In this document: in pieces, positions 39,353 through 51,414 of the stretch
How positions within the stretch are numbered: position 1 is the stretch's first letter
Layout: each line of letters starts with the position of its first letter
Program-made: the position numbers and the translations under genes
DNA from: Candidatus Poribacteria bacterium
GTDB lineage: Bacteria > Poribacteria > WGA-4E > PCPOR2b
Length of the DNA stretch: 64,000 nt
Reading direction: 5' to 3'
Assembly (NCBI GenBank): GCA_965208325.1
Contig: OZ242326.1
Location: 4,064,001-4,128,000 of the forward strand
Notes under the pieces: model-generated
Databases searched by the model: none
The model's input: only the letters and a program-made list of their open reading frames with translations
What the model was told of the DNA's origin: nothing

Positions 39353-39753
39353 TAGTTCAATTATTCCGTAGATAATGATACTTAAACTTACGCGTATGTC
39401 GCAATTTCGCCGCGAACGTTAGAACGCGTTTGTTGTCGGTTGTACTTCACGACTATGTTTCAATTGCGTGAGTACTAGTTTTCCTGCTTCCCACGCGGCT
39501 GCAAAAAAAATCGTGAATTCATGGAACGAACTACGGTTGCTCCAAGATATTATGCATTTCTTTGTGCAGGTTTGCACAAAACGGTTCAATCTCATCATCA
39601 AATTGCACCAAATGGTGCAATTTGGGTTTAATATAAGGGAATTTAACCAGATATGGTAGTCGAATTACTACACCACAAAAAAAATTAGCCGATTACTTTT
39701 TCGAAACCGGACTGTGGATTGCTACGGTCAATGCGTCGAAATTATGAACATAC

Positions 39754-39957
39754 TTAGGTCGTGTTGACATTTTGATTTTGCTAATGCAACATACGACCGT
39801 GTAATTCCCCAAAAACCCAAGTCGGGGCGATGTCTGACGTATAAGGGCAACCACAAGGGTTGCCCCTACAAGGATTATGTAGGGGCAGGTCTTATGCCTG
39901 CCCAAAAACTCGCGGAATGGAAATGGATTCAAATTGCCAAATGTCAACAGAACCTAA
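39754..39957. mobile_element. Putative MITE, same TIR family as 32582-32813, carrying two REP hairpins
   Basis: ttaggtcgtgttgacattt ... aaatgtcaacagaacctaa (17/19 match); internal gggcaaccacaagggttgcccctac and gtaggggcaggtcttatgcctgccc. Confidence 0.72.
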
Positions 39958-40005
39958 TCTCCACGTCTGGGGCGATTACTAAGACGAGCGTTGTGAATGC
40001 CTACA

Positions 40006-41838
40006 CTAATGCGTTTCATGTTCGCGTTGGCTCAGGTGTTTCCGGATGCTATTCGCTACGTTACGGGGAATTCCTTTGACAGCGAGCAATTCATCCAAAC
40101 TGGCTTGACGAACACTTGCAACGGATCCAAAGTGCTGGAGTAATCTCTGTTTCCGTTTGGCTCCGATGTTGGGAATTTCGTCAAGAATTGAGTGGTTGAT
40201 TGCGCGGCTGCGTAGCTTGTGATGGTAGGAGATAGCAAAGCGGTGGGCTTCGTCACGTAGACGCTGAATAAGGTGAAGTGTTGGGTTGTCCCGCCGGAGA
40301 ACAATTGCATCTTTGCGGTTTGGCAGAAAAATATGCTCGAATCGCTTCGCAAGCCCGATAATTGGAAGATGAGCGAGCTCAAGAGATTTCAACGCCTCGC
40401 AAGCTGCGCTTAGCTGCCCCTTGCCGCCATCAATCAAAATGAGGTCAGGAAAACGGTTTTCCTCAATTGCGCGGCGAAATCGGCGAGTGACCACCTCCTT
40501 CATCATTGCAAAGTCATTTTGTCCTTCTACGGTACGAATCTTGAAACGCCGGTATTCGGATTTGGCGGGTTCGCCATCTTCCATGACAACCATTGACCCC
40601 ACAGCGAATCGATCTCCCAGATTGGAGATGTCGAACGCGTCAATTCGTTGCGGCGGCCGATTAAGGTTTAACAACTCTTGTAGTTCAACTAGTGCTGGAT
40701 TATCCCCAGCTTTGAGCACGACTAATTGGTCCTTTTGTTCAAGGATCAAGCTCGCGTTCTTCGACGCCATCTCCACTAACTGGCGTTTGCGCCCTTTCTG
40801 AGGAATGTGCAGGGCCACACGACTTTCCCTTTTCTCGGAAAGCCAGTTTTGAATGGTTTCGAGCGTTTCAATTTCGCCCGGCAATACGACGGTTTTGGGG
40901 ATGAAGGAAGCGTCCTGATAGTATTGCTGCACAAAAGCCGTCAATGATTCACGCTTCGATTCGCGCTGAACATCGGTCAGAAAGTAATGCTCGCGCTCGA
41001 TGAGCTTCCCATCGCGTACCATCAGCACCTGAACGCATGCCTCATCACCTTTGCAGGCGATGCCAATTACGTCCTCATCCTCTGCAGACGTATTGTCAAT
41101 ATGCTGTTTTACAACACCTTGGTTAACGGTTTCAATCTGGTCTCGGTATTTTGCTGCGCCTTCAAAGTCAAGATTGGCGGCAGCGTTCTGCATCTTCTCC
41201 GCAAGTTCTTGGATAATGTGTTGTGTGTTTCCACTCAGGAATCGGCGGACGTTGTTCACAATCTCGGCATAGTCATCAGTGCTGATGAGGTCGGCGCACG
41301 GTCCGGGACAGCGATTAATATGATAATCTAGACAAACACGATACGCGTTGCCTGATTCTTTCAAGTTCAAGCTACAGGTGCGTACAGGAAATGCCTTTGT
41401 GAGTTGCTTAACTGTAAGGCGTGTTGCGCGGGTATGCACGAAAGGGCCGAAATACTTTGAGCCGTCATTTTCGATTTGGCGTGTGATGTAGAGGCCTGCA
41501 TAAGGTTCTTTGACCGTGAGTTTCAAGTAGGGATACCGCTTGTCATCCTTGAGTTTCACATTGTAGCGAGGTTGGTGTTCCTTGATAAGGTTGTTCTCCA
41601 AGATTAACGCTTCAACGTAGGTCTTGGTGAGGACAAAATCAACATCATGGACGTATCGCAGCATCGGCTCTGTCAGGGCATGCGGTGAGGCGCTGCTTTG
41701 AAAGTATGATCTTACACGCTGGTTGAGTGACGACGCTTTGCCGACGTATAGGATTTTCTCCTCAACATCCTTCATCAGGTAGACGCCGGAATTGGTAGGG
41801 AGATTTGCGAGTTTGTCTTTAAGCCGATTGTTCATCAT
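40006..41838 (-). CDS. uvrC: Excinuclease ABC subunit C
   Basis: Full length: GVYLM..YVGKA, DDKRYPY, DAFDISN, PDLILIDGGKGQL, RDEAHRFA, HhH. Confidence 0.97.
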   Translation of the reverse strand: MMNNRLKDKLANLPTNSGVYLMKDVEEKILYVGKASSLNQRVRSYFQSSASPHALTEPMLRYVHDVDFVLTKTYVEALILENNLIKEHQPRYNVKLKDDKRYPYLKLTVKEPYAGLYITRQIENDGSKYFGPFVHTRATRLTVKQLTKAFPVRTCSLNLKESGNAYRVCLDYHINRCPGPCADLISTDDYAEIVNNVRRFLSGNTQHIIQELAEKMQNAAANLDFEGAAKYRDQIETVNQGVVKQHIDNTSAEDEDVIGIACKGDEACVQVLMVRDGKLIEREHYFLTDVQRESKRESLTAFVQQYYQDASFIPKTVVLPGEIETLETIQNWLSEKRESRVALHIPQKGRKRQLVEMASKNASLILEQKDQLVVLKAGDNPALVELQELLNLNRPPQRIDAFDISNLGDRFAVGSMVVMEDGEPAKSEYRRFKIRTVEGQNDFAMMKEVVTRRFRRAIEENRFPDLILIDGGKGQLSAACEALKSLELAHLPIIGLAKRFEHIFLPNRKDAIVLRRDNPTLHLIQRLRDEAHRFAISYHHKLRSRAINHSILDEIPNIGAKRKQRLLQHFGSVASVRQASLDELLAVKGIPRNVANSIRKHLSQREHETH

Positions 41839-42168
41839 CGCTTCTTGGAACCGATTGGATTGAGTTCCAACCCAGTTTGTGCATTGTGTGTTTCGACAGG
41901 GAATATGTCAGGTATCGGCAATTGAAGAGGATTAATCTGTTGCAACGAAGGCCAAATCTCAGTGCATCTTGACTCAGACCAGTCATTACGTTTTCAAAAT
42001 GGTCATCGGCGCACTGCTTATTCCATTTTATGATGCCACAAAACGCACGATTTTTCAAGTTCTTTGGTGCCGTTTTATCGAATGGACGAGCGTTTAATTT
42101 ATTGGTAAAGCCGCTTTTAATCTGAACAGCCTCAACCAATAAATCGGTAGACTTCGGAGACCCAAAAT

Positions 42169-42209
42169 AAAAAAGGGGAGCGGGACACGAATTGTGTCTC
42201 ACTCCCCTT
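42169..42209 (-). terminator. Intrinsic terminator after groEL
   Basis: Minus strand aaggggagtgagacac aattc gtgtcccgctcccctt followed by a T run. Confidence 0.85.
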
Positions 42210-42236
42210 ACTGTTTTGCGTGTGCACTATGCGAAT

Positions 42237-44181
<1,945 letters not shown>

Positions 44182-44264
44182 TACGTGTTCTCCTCTCGTT
44201 AAACATTTAATATAAATGATACTTTACTGATGGATAAATGAAATTTACCCATAGCGTTTATAGG

Positions 44265-44280
44265 GCAAGAAGTATGCCAA
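44265..44280 (-). promoter_or_regulatory. Sigma-54 promoter of groES-groEL
   Basis: TTGGCATACTTCTTGC (GG-N10-GC), 84 bp upstream of groES. Confidence 0.68.
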
Positions 44281-44525
44281 CCCGTTATTAAAGGATACTT
44301 GGGCTAGAGGGGACATTTTGACACGACAGATGTCGAGACAAATTGTCGTTGTTTTGCTAGATGTTGGGGTGCGTGTCATATTGTCACGGTTAGGTCGTTG
44401 GTATCATTACCGCCCTGCTAAATTTGATTGAGATGATGAGAATATTTGGGTTGCTATCGCGATGAAAGTCTGTAAATGCAGCAACGTAACGACCTTTATC
44501 GGAATGTCATGACCGTACTTTTTCA

Positions 44526-44554
44526 TTGACAAATGTAGTCTAGCTTGGTAGAAT
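44526..44554 (+). promoter_or_regulatory. Sigma-70 promoter of the tRNA Gly-Cys-Val operon
   Basis: TTGACA-N17-TAGAAT, 13 bp before tRNA-Gly. Confidence 0.85.
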
Positions 44555-44567
44555 TAACTGTTATTAT

Positions 44568-44639
44568 GCGGGAGTAGCTCAGCGGTAGAGCTCTACCTTG
44601 CCAAGGTAGAGGTCGCGGGTTCAAGTCCCGTCTCCCGCT
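44568..44639 (+). tRNA. tRNA-Gly(GCC)
   Basis: Cloverleaf; anticodon loop TTGCCAA; GGTTCAAGTCCC T-arm. Confidence 0.97.
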
Positions 44640-44644
44640 TTCAT

Positions 44645-44719
44645 GGCGGCGTAGCCAAGTGGTAAGGCGAGAGTCTGCAAAACTCTTATACGTCGGTTCG
44701 ATTCCGACCGCCGCCTCCA
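44645..44719 (+). tRNA. tRNA-Cys(GCA)
   Basis: Loop CTGCAAA; U73; encoded CCA. Confidence 0.97.
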
Positions 44720-44724
44720 ATTCT

Positions 44725-44798
44725 GGGCGGTTAGCTCAGTTGGTTAGAGTACTTGCTCGACACGCAAGGGGTCATAGGTTCAAATCCTATACCGCCCA
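44725..44798 (+). tRNA. tRNA-Val(GAC)
   Basis: Stem CTTGC/GCAAG, loop TCGACAC; A73. Confidence 0.93.
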
Positions 44799-44821
44799 CT
44801 TATATAGTATCCATTTATATC

Positions 44822-44848
44822 AAAGAGCCGAAAGGCTCTTTTTTTTTT
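44822..44848 (+). terminator. Intrinsic terminator of the tRNA operon
   Basis: aagagcc gaaa ggctc followed by a long T run. Confidence 0.92.
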
Positions 44849-44883
44849 GGCGGCCGCGCAAGCCGCTATAACCGGTGGAACTT

Positions 44884-45908
44884 CTATCACCTTGGCTAAC
44901 CGTTCAGTTGATCCTATTCGGTTGCCTGATCCCCGCCTACAGGTCGTGGCGATCAGCGCGGCAAGATGCCGCGCCTACGTGTCGTGTTGAGAAGCGGGGT
45001 AAGGAAGATCTCTATCGCAAGGGATTCACTATCGCCTTGGCTAACCGTTCATTTGATCCTGTTCGGTTGCCTGATCCCCGCCGACAGGTCGTGGCGATCA
45101 GCGCGGCAAGATGCCGCGCCTACGTGTCGTGTTGAGAAGCGGGGTAAGGAAGATCTCTATCGCAAGGGATTCACTACCGCCTTGGCTAACCGTACATTTG
45201 ATCCTATTCGGTTGCCTGATCCCCGCCGACAGGTCGTGGCGATCAGCGCGGCAAGATGCCGCGCCTACGTGTCGTGTTGAGAAGCGGGATAAGGAAGATC
45301 TCTATCGCAAGGGATTGACTATCGCCTTGGCTAACCGTTCAGTTGATCCTATTCGGTTGCCTGATCCCCGCCTACAGGTCGTGGTGGTCAGCGCGGCAAG
45401 ATGCCGCGCCTACGTGTCGTGTTGAGGAGCGGGGCAAGGAAAATCTCTATCGCACGGGATTGACTATCGCCTTGGCTAACCGTTCAGTTGATCCTATTCG
45501 GTTGCCTGATCCCCGCCTACAGGTCGTGGTGGTCAGCGCGGCAAGATGCCGCGCCTACGTGTCGTGTTGAGGAGCGGGGCACGGAAGATCTCTATCGCAC
45601 GGGATTAACTATCGCCTTGGCTAACCGTTCATTTGATCCTATTCGGTTGCCTGATCCCCGCCTACAGGTCGTGGCGATCAGCGCGGCAAGATGCCGCGCC
45701 TACGTGTCGTGTTGAGAAGCTGGGTAAGGATGATCTCTATCGCACGGGATTGACTATCGCCTTGGCTAACCGCTCAGTTGATTCTATTCGGTTGCTTGAT
45801 CCCCGCTTACAGGTCGTGGCGATCAGCGCGGCAAGATGCCGCGCCTACGTGTCGTGTTGAGGAGCGGGGCAAGGAAGATCTCTATCGCACGAGATTTTCT
45901 ATCGCCTT
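44884..45908. repeat. Tandem array of 7 x 145-bp REP-containing units
   Basis: Units start (ctatcgccttggctaacc or a one-base variant) at 44884, 45029, 45174, 45319, 45464, 45609, 45754, with a partial at 45899; few substitutions, no unique spacers. Confidence 0.96.
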
Positions 45909-45988
45909 CGTCTTGATTGTCCTTGTGCTGCAACCATGAGTTTCGGTTCCAACCCACCCACCAGGATTAGCGGCCAGTTTAAATTGCA

Positions 45989-48691
45989 CTATCCGCTGCG
46001 CCGTTTCCATATCGACACACTTTCAATTTTTACATCTGTTTCATAGTTCGATCGAATATACGCCGTGACGAGCGGCACCCTATCCACAGTTTGGATTCCA
46101 TCCGGACCGTTGCCCCATCCACTCCCCGTAGTGAAGATAACATACTTCGGCTTAGCTTGTTCAAGATCTGCAATCACTTCTTTCTGCAGCGGTTCAGGAG
46201 ACGCATACACTACTAGCGGGTACCGCGTTGGATTAGGCCTATCGGCGAGGAAGTAATATGCGGCCTGGTTTGATAGGTCAAAGATTGGATCGGTTGGTGC
46301 TGTGTTTTCCTGTATGTATGAGACAACCTTCTCAATCTCCTGCGCTTGGGCAGGAGGCGTAAGAATTCTCCCCGCACGTTCGATGTTAGGTTGAACGTAG
46401 GCTTCATACGGCGGCGAGATAGCTCCGAATCTCGGCAGTCGTATCAATGTCCGTTCGGCGATTGCGAGCGGCTTGTACAAATCGGCTTTAATATAGGAGA
46501 GCACTCCGGCAAGGATAACCAATAAGAATGCAAACCGGAGAGCGCCTGTTCGGGAAGAATGCATGCTGGGCGCAGCGTTAGCCATTTCGTCGTTGGCATC
46601 GTTTTCTGGCGGTTCTAATCTGTGGGGTTTTGTTTTGCGCAAGAACCGATCGATAAAATAGAAACAGATGAGCCATAAATATGCCAAACTGAACGTGATA
46701 TGGTGCCAGTCCGATCGGCCCAAGGCAGTACGGAAACAGATAATACCAGCCAATAGAATCAGCAGCAGTTTCCACTCTTTAATTTGTCCTCGGTTGGCTA
46801 TGGCATGAAACAGAAGGTAGGTTAAGGTCATCAAGTAGATTAGAATTGGGAAATACCACATGAACGGGCGGCTCAAAATGAAATCCGAAAATGTAACGAG
46901 GGACGTCACTTTTGAAAGTTCGGGGGATATGGGAATGAATGGCGTTCCAAAAATTGGGATGTGATAGACAGTTTGTATCCATGACCCTTCAATTACGTCG
47001 TCAATCGCGCCGTGCGCGCCAAAATAGATGAGGAACGGGAGAAAACCGATAAATACGCCCAACTTAAATATGAGCAGCGGAGACAGGTAAAATAACCGGC
47101 CCAATTTCAGAATTTTGTTTGGGGAAACGGTTTCAGGCAGCTCGCGCCGGACGGCAATAAAGCCGTAAAGAAGCAGAAATAGGCTGGATGCCGCCCATGT
47201 GTATAAACCGACATCCAGGCTGTTGAACACCGCCAGTGATGTACAGATTCCCGCCGCAATGAGAAATGGATTTCCAGATTTGACGCCTTTATTCAACCAA
47301 CAACACAGCAGCGCCATTGTGAGAAAACCGAAGATTTGCCTGTCTGACGCTGGTAGGTAGGCACGCGTAACACCTGCGACCACTTCCGTCGCAATCGCAA
47401 TAAAAATGAAAATCAAAGTGAAAAAATGCGCGGCGATTCGGCGCCGGAAAAATTGTAGTGCGAGCAGATAAAAAGCTACGTATCCCAGAGGATACACTAG
47501 GTGGTAAATCCTTCTATCCGATTCAATCGTTTCGCCAAAAAGTTTCATCCCAAGCAACGATTTGTACGCATTGTGAAAAAGCCCATGCAATATGCGAATG
47601 TCTCGATACGCAATTTCACCTCGAATCAGCTCGTTGACAACCCCAACGCGTTCTCCTTCGTGGAACAGGTCGATGCCGCCCGTATGCCACGCATGATTGA
47701 GACGGACATTGCTATCATACAAAAAGACATAGATGAGACCTGAAATCATAATAACAGTCAATACGGAGACTGCAATGTGAGGATCAAGGGAGTTGGAATT
47801 GGCGGGGGAACGAAGTTGCAAAAATACGAGAATTTTCAAAACAACAAACGCTGCGGCGGCTATTATTGCCAAGATGGTTGCCGCGTTCTCGATTTCAAAG
47901 AGCACAGCGAGCAATAGAAGCAGGAAGGTTGGGAAGAAAGTCAGCGCATCCCACCTGAGCACATCAGCGAAGCGGTAACCCGCCAATCCGCTTAACAATG
48001 CGGAATAACCTATCCAGAGAATCCATGTGCCTATGACTGAAAACAGCAACAGTTCCCAACATTGGAGCGGCGTAAGATCTTTTGGACTGCCGCGAATGAG
48101 TAGAAACACCGCCAAACACACACCGCTTGCGATCGGAATCGCGTGAAATCTCAAATTTTCTTTCGCCCACATTGCGAATCCGACACCATTTTCCGCAGGT
48201 ATTCTTTTGATAACTATCAGATTAAATGCCAGAAGCACGCCTTTGGCAAATAGGCAAAGGAGGAGAGGTATTCCGACAGTTCCCAGATGTGTTTCAGGCA
48301 AATACCCCTTTTCCAGCGTTAGCAGCAAGAGAAGAAACGGGAAAGCGTGTTGTCTCAGGATTAGTTCTTGAGGCTGTTTCGCCCAGACCGAACAGAGCGT
48401 AGAAACCCCAATCCAAAAGCCGCATGCCGATATCGTAAATAACGGTACGAAAACCGCGGCCGCTATGTAGTTTACAATCTCCTGACGCTTTGGATAGTTG
48501 TTTACTGAAACCCATCCGACCACCTCTGTCAATTCATTGACTCGCTTTTCCCCCAAAAACTGCAAATGTTCTTTGAAGGCAAAACTGAGCGCCAAAGCGA
48601 AGATGAAACTGCACACGGCAACTATCGCCGTATACGGTTGGTTGCTCGGGTGCCGCGCACAGTGGAAGGTTTTACGGATGGCGTCTCGCAT
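45989..48691 (-). CDS. Large polytopic membrane protein, possibly a GT-C fold glycosyltransferase
   Basis: 900 aa, many TM segments; DLFHEG, GEIAYRD..HG, ALGRSDWHH, YYFLADRPNPTRY. Confidence 0.6.
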   Translation of the reverse strand: MRDAIRKTFHCARHPSNQPYTAIVAVCSFIFALALSFAFKEHLQFLGEKRVNELTEVVGWVSVNNYPKRQEIVNYIAAAVFVPLFTISACGFWIGVSTLCSVWAKQPQELILRQHAFPFLLLLLTLEKGYLPETHLGTVGIPLLLCLFAKGVLLAFNLIVIKRIPAENGVGFAMWAKENLRFHAIPIASGVCLAVFLLIRGSPKDLTPLQCWELLLFSVIGTWILWIGYSALLSGLAGYRFADVLRWDALTFFPTFLLLLLAVLFEIENAATILAIIAAAAFVVLKILVFLQLRSPANSNSLDPHIAVSVLTVIMISGLIYVFLYDSNVRLNHAWHTGGIDLFHEGERVGVVNELIRGEIAYRDIRILHGLFHNAYKSLLGMKLFGETIESDRRIYHLVYPLGYVAFYLLALQFFRRRIAAHFFTLIFIFIAIATEVVAGVTRAYLPASDRQIFGFLTMALLCCWLNKGVKSGNPFLIAAGICTSLAVFNSLDVGLYTWAASSLFLLLYGFIAVRRELPETVSPNKILKLGRLFYLSPLLIFKLGVFIGFLPFLIYFGAHGAIDDVIEGSWIQTVYHIPIFGTPFIPISPELSKVTSLVTFSDFILSRPFMWYFPILIYLMTLTYLLFHAIANRGQIKEWKLLLILLAGIICFRTALGRSDWHHITFSLAYLWLICFYFIDRFLRKTKPHRLEPPENDANDEMANAAPSMHSSRTGALRFAFLLVILAGVLSYIKADLYKPLAIAERTLIRLPRFGAISPPYEAYVQPNIERAGRILTPPAQAQEIEKVVSYIQENTAPTDPIFDLSNQAAYYFLADRPNPTRYPLVVYASPEPLQKEVIADLEQAKPKYVIFTTGSGWGNGPDGIQTVDRVPLVTAYIRSNYETDVKIESVSIWKRRSG

Positions 48692-48701
48692 ATCAAAACG
48701 T

Positions 48702-48939
48702 TAAGGCTTGTTTGAATAAAATAATGGGTGACAAAGTCATTTTCGGGAGTTTGAGTTGCTATAACTGCTGGAACTTCTATCGCACGGGATTTACTATCGC
48801 CTTTGCTAATCGTTCAGTTTATCCTTTTCAGTCGCTTAAACCCACCGAATACCTTACTCCAGCATCGCGCGGGGCAAGATGCCCCGCCTACAAGGCGTGG
48901 CGGTGCACTGTAAAACACGAATTTTCAAACAGGTTCTTA
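48702..48939. mobile_element. Dispersed MITE/REP composite element
   Basis: Imperfect TIRs (taaggcttgtttgaat / ttttcaaacaggttctta); colinear with 34040-34386. Confidence 0.7.
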
Positions 48940-49071
48940 GTGAGTTTCGCGCCGATACTCGATTTGGGTGAACTCAACTATGAATAGAATGTGGGTATGG
49001 GTTGAGTTATGTATAAAAGAGGTGCGAGGAACGGCCCGGTAGATTTGCCAATGCGGGTTTTAACAACCTAC

Positions 49072-49854
49072 TCATTTCTCTTTCGCTTTGGCTTCGTCCC
49101 AAATTTTGTCTAGCCCCGCCAAGTCGTAATCCACAAAAGACTTACCCCGCCTGTCAAGTTCGGCCTCGACGTGATGAAAGCGATTGACAAACTTTCGGTT
49201 AGATTTCCGCAACGCCTCTTCCGCCTCAACTCCAACGAAGCGGCACAGATTGACAATTGAAAACAGCAGATCGCCAATCTCCATTTCGATTGCTTCTTCA
49301 TCCGACGATGAAATACTCGATTTAAGTTCTTGAATTTCTTCCTCTAGCTTTGGCAACACATCCGTGACGTTATCCCAATCGAATCCGACACGGGCGGCTT
49401 TGCGCTGAATGGTTTGCGCTCGCATTAGGCTTGGGAGGCGGTCAGGAATTCCGTCGAGAACGGAGTGGCGGTTTTCGTAACCTGCTTCGCTTCGTTTAAT
49501 CTCCTCCCAGTTTTTTAGCACTTCATCCGTATTCCGGACATTGACTCCGCCAAAAACATGGGGATGCCGCCGGACAAGCTTATCCGTAATTGATTGGATA
49601 ACCTCGTTGATGCTGAAAGCCCCGCTATCCTTGGCTAATTGGGCGTGCAGCATCACCTGCATGAGGAGGTCGCCGAGTTCTTCGGGCAATTTGCATGAAT
49701 CTTTGGCATCAATGGCTTCGATTACTTCATAGGTTTCCTCAATTAGGTCCGGTTTTAATGTTTCGTGAGTCTGGGCTTTGTCCCACGGACAACCGTTCTC
49801 GCTCCGCAACGCGGCAACCACCTGAACGAGTTTGTCAAATAATTCCTTGTGCAT
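49072..49854 (-). CDS. mazG: Nucleoside triphosphate pyrophosphohydrolase MazG
   Basis: LRSENGCPWD, EETYEV, EELGDLL, KLVRRHPHVF, VGFDW, EIGDLLF; start moved to MHKEL. Confidence 0.95.
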   Translation of the reverse strand: MHKELFDKLVQVVAALRSENGCPWDKAQTHETLKPDLIEETYEVIEAIDAKDSCKLPEELGDLLMQVMLHAQLAKDSGAFSINEVIQSITDKLVRRHPHVFGGVNVRNTDEVLKNWEEIKRSEAGYENRHSVLDGIPDRLPSLMRAQTIQRKAARVGFDWDNVTDVLPKLEEEIQELKSSISSSDEEAIEMEIGDLLFSIVNLCRFVGVEAEEALRKSNRKFVNRFHHVEAELDRRGKSFVDYDLAGLDKIWDEAKAKEK

Positions 49855-50418
49855 TATGTGTAGGAACTCTCCTGAATTAGGTGTAACCTTGTTACCTAAC
49901 TGCCGTAAATTATTGAACGAAACATACGTCCAATGCAACCTGCGGCAATAAGGTTCGATTCCGAATAGATTATCATTATATCCTTTAACGGATGTTTGTC
50001 AAGACGGAACTAAACCTAATCCATTCTCGCAAGATTCGGAGCATGACCGTGCATTTTGAAAATGATTGACACACCCAGGTAGGCGTGCTAGAATCTTGAA
50101 GGTACTTGAACAGATTTGGTAAAACGCCAACTTGATGAAGCCGCCTTCTTCGAGTCTGAATTTGCGTAGGGAAGACATCACCAAAATCTAGGAAAATGGT
50201 CTTAAATATACCGCGTATCGAACTGTTCTTCATTACGCTGGACTCAAAACATGGCGTGTACAGAAAAATGGTTGACGCACAAAAATAGAACATGGTAAAA
50301 TATCATAGCGAAAAATAGTTTGGGCAGTTTCCAAACAACCCGCCAATTTTTTTTGATTCACTTGTCAAAAATGGGACCTGTAATTATTGTCCCCTAACGT
50401 TAACAGGAGGTAACAAAA

Positions 50419-51213
50419 ATGAAAGTTTCATTAACGTATTTATCTGTGGTGTTCGGTCTCGTTGTTTTCGGATTGATGTTTAATGTGGAAAGCGATGCCA
50501 AGATTGAATCCTCCGGTGCATGGCTTTTGGACGAAGAAAGCGGAGGTAAGATTGAAGACGCTTCCGGTAACGGCATTGACGGAGAAATTGAGGGCGACGC
50601 CAAATTCCCTAAGGGGCAGTTCGGCAACGCGATGGAATTTAACGGTGAGAACACACTCGTTCTCTTCGAAAATGAAGATCCGAACCACGCATTTGCCCTT
50701 CATCGTGACAAGGATGTTACATTCATGTTTTGGGTGCAGCCTTTTGATGTCACCCATGACGGCATTTTCTGGACACGTGGCAATCCCAAGGGTGATGATG
50801 CAGATAGATTTAATATCTATTCTGGTCCCGGTGAAACCTTCGGATTCGATTACAGGGAAGTGGGTGGGACTATCCATGGCCTCATCCAAGGAATCGAGCT
50901 TAAAACCAAGGAATGGACCCACTTGGCAGTCACGAGAGAAGGTAATACTTACAATCTCTTCCACAACGGCAAACAGGTCTCACAGGCGAAAGATCCAAGC
51001 CCAAAACTGCCCGAAACTGCAAGCTGGATGATGTCTGGAAGACCCGGTTTTATTTTTAACGGAATGTTGGATGAAGTTGCGTTTTTCGACGCCGTCTTGA
51101 GTAAAAACGACATTTCCAACATCATGGATAATGGACTCGAAATAGCCGCACTTTCTGTCGAGCCTTCAGCCAAGCTCGCCACAGCGTGGGCGCGGATAAA
51201 AACCAGCCAATAA
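50419..51213 (+). CDS. Secreted LamG/concanavalin A-like domain protein
   Basis: Signal peptide; GAWLLDE, GQFGNAMEF, WTHLAVT, FNGMLDEV; tail VEPSAKLATAWARIK. Confidence 0.85.
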   Translation: MKVSLTYLSVVFGLVVFGLMFNVESDAKIESSGAWLLDEESGGKIEDASGNGIDGEIEGDAKFPKGQFGNAMEFNGENTLVLFENEDPNHAFALHRDKDVTFMFWVQPFDVTHDGIFWTRGNPKGDDADRFNIYSGPGETFGFDYREVGGTIHGLIQGIELKTKEWTHLAVTREGNTYNLFHNGKQVSQAKDPSPKLPETASWMMSGRPGFIFNGMLDEVAFFDAVLSKNDISNIMDNGLEIAALSVEPSAKLATAWARIKTSQ

Positions 51214-51414
51214 TTTCGATTTTGAGGTTTTGGGAAAAATTTGTTTCGAGTAAATGTCCCAAAACGAAATTTTATGCGGTTGAAACCACAAGCGTGCTTC
51301 TAGTTATTGAATTGCTAGAAGCACGCTTCAAACTCTCGCCTTGGGCTTTTCTTGTACGGCAGGTTTTTTACACACCTTAATGATATCCTCGGTTAGCCAC
51401 GAAGGGTTTATCTA

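Noticed and set aside
44875..45860. 145-bp array as a CRISPR array, or as the six small repeated ORFs in the track
   Set aside because: No unique spacers and no cas genes; the 145-bp period shifts frame each unit, so the ORFs are by-products of the repeat.
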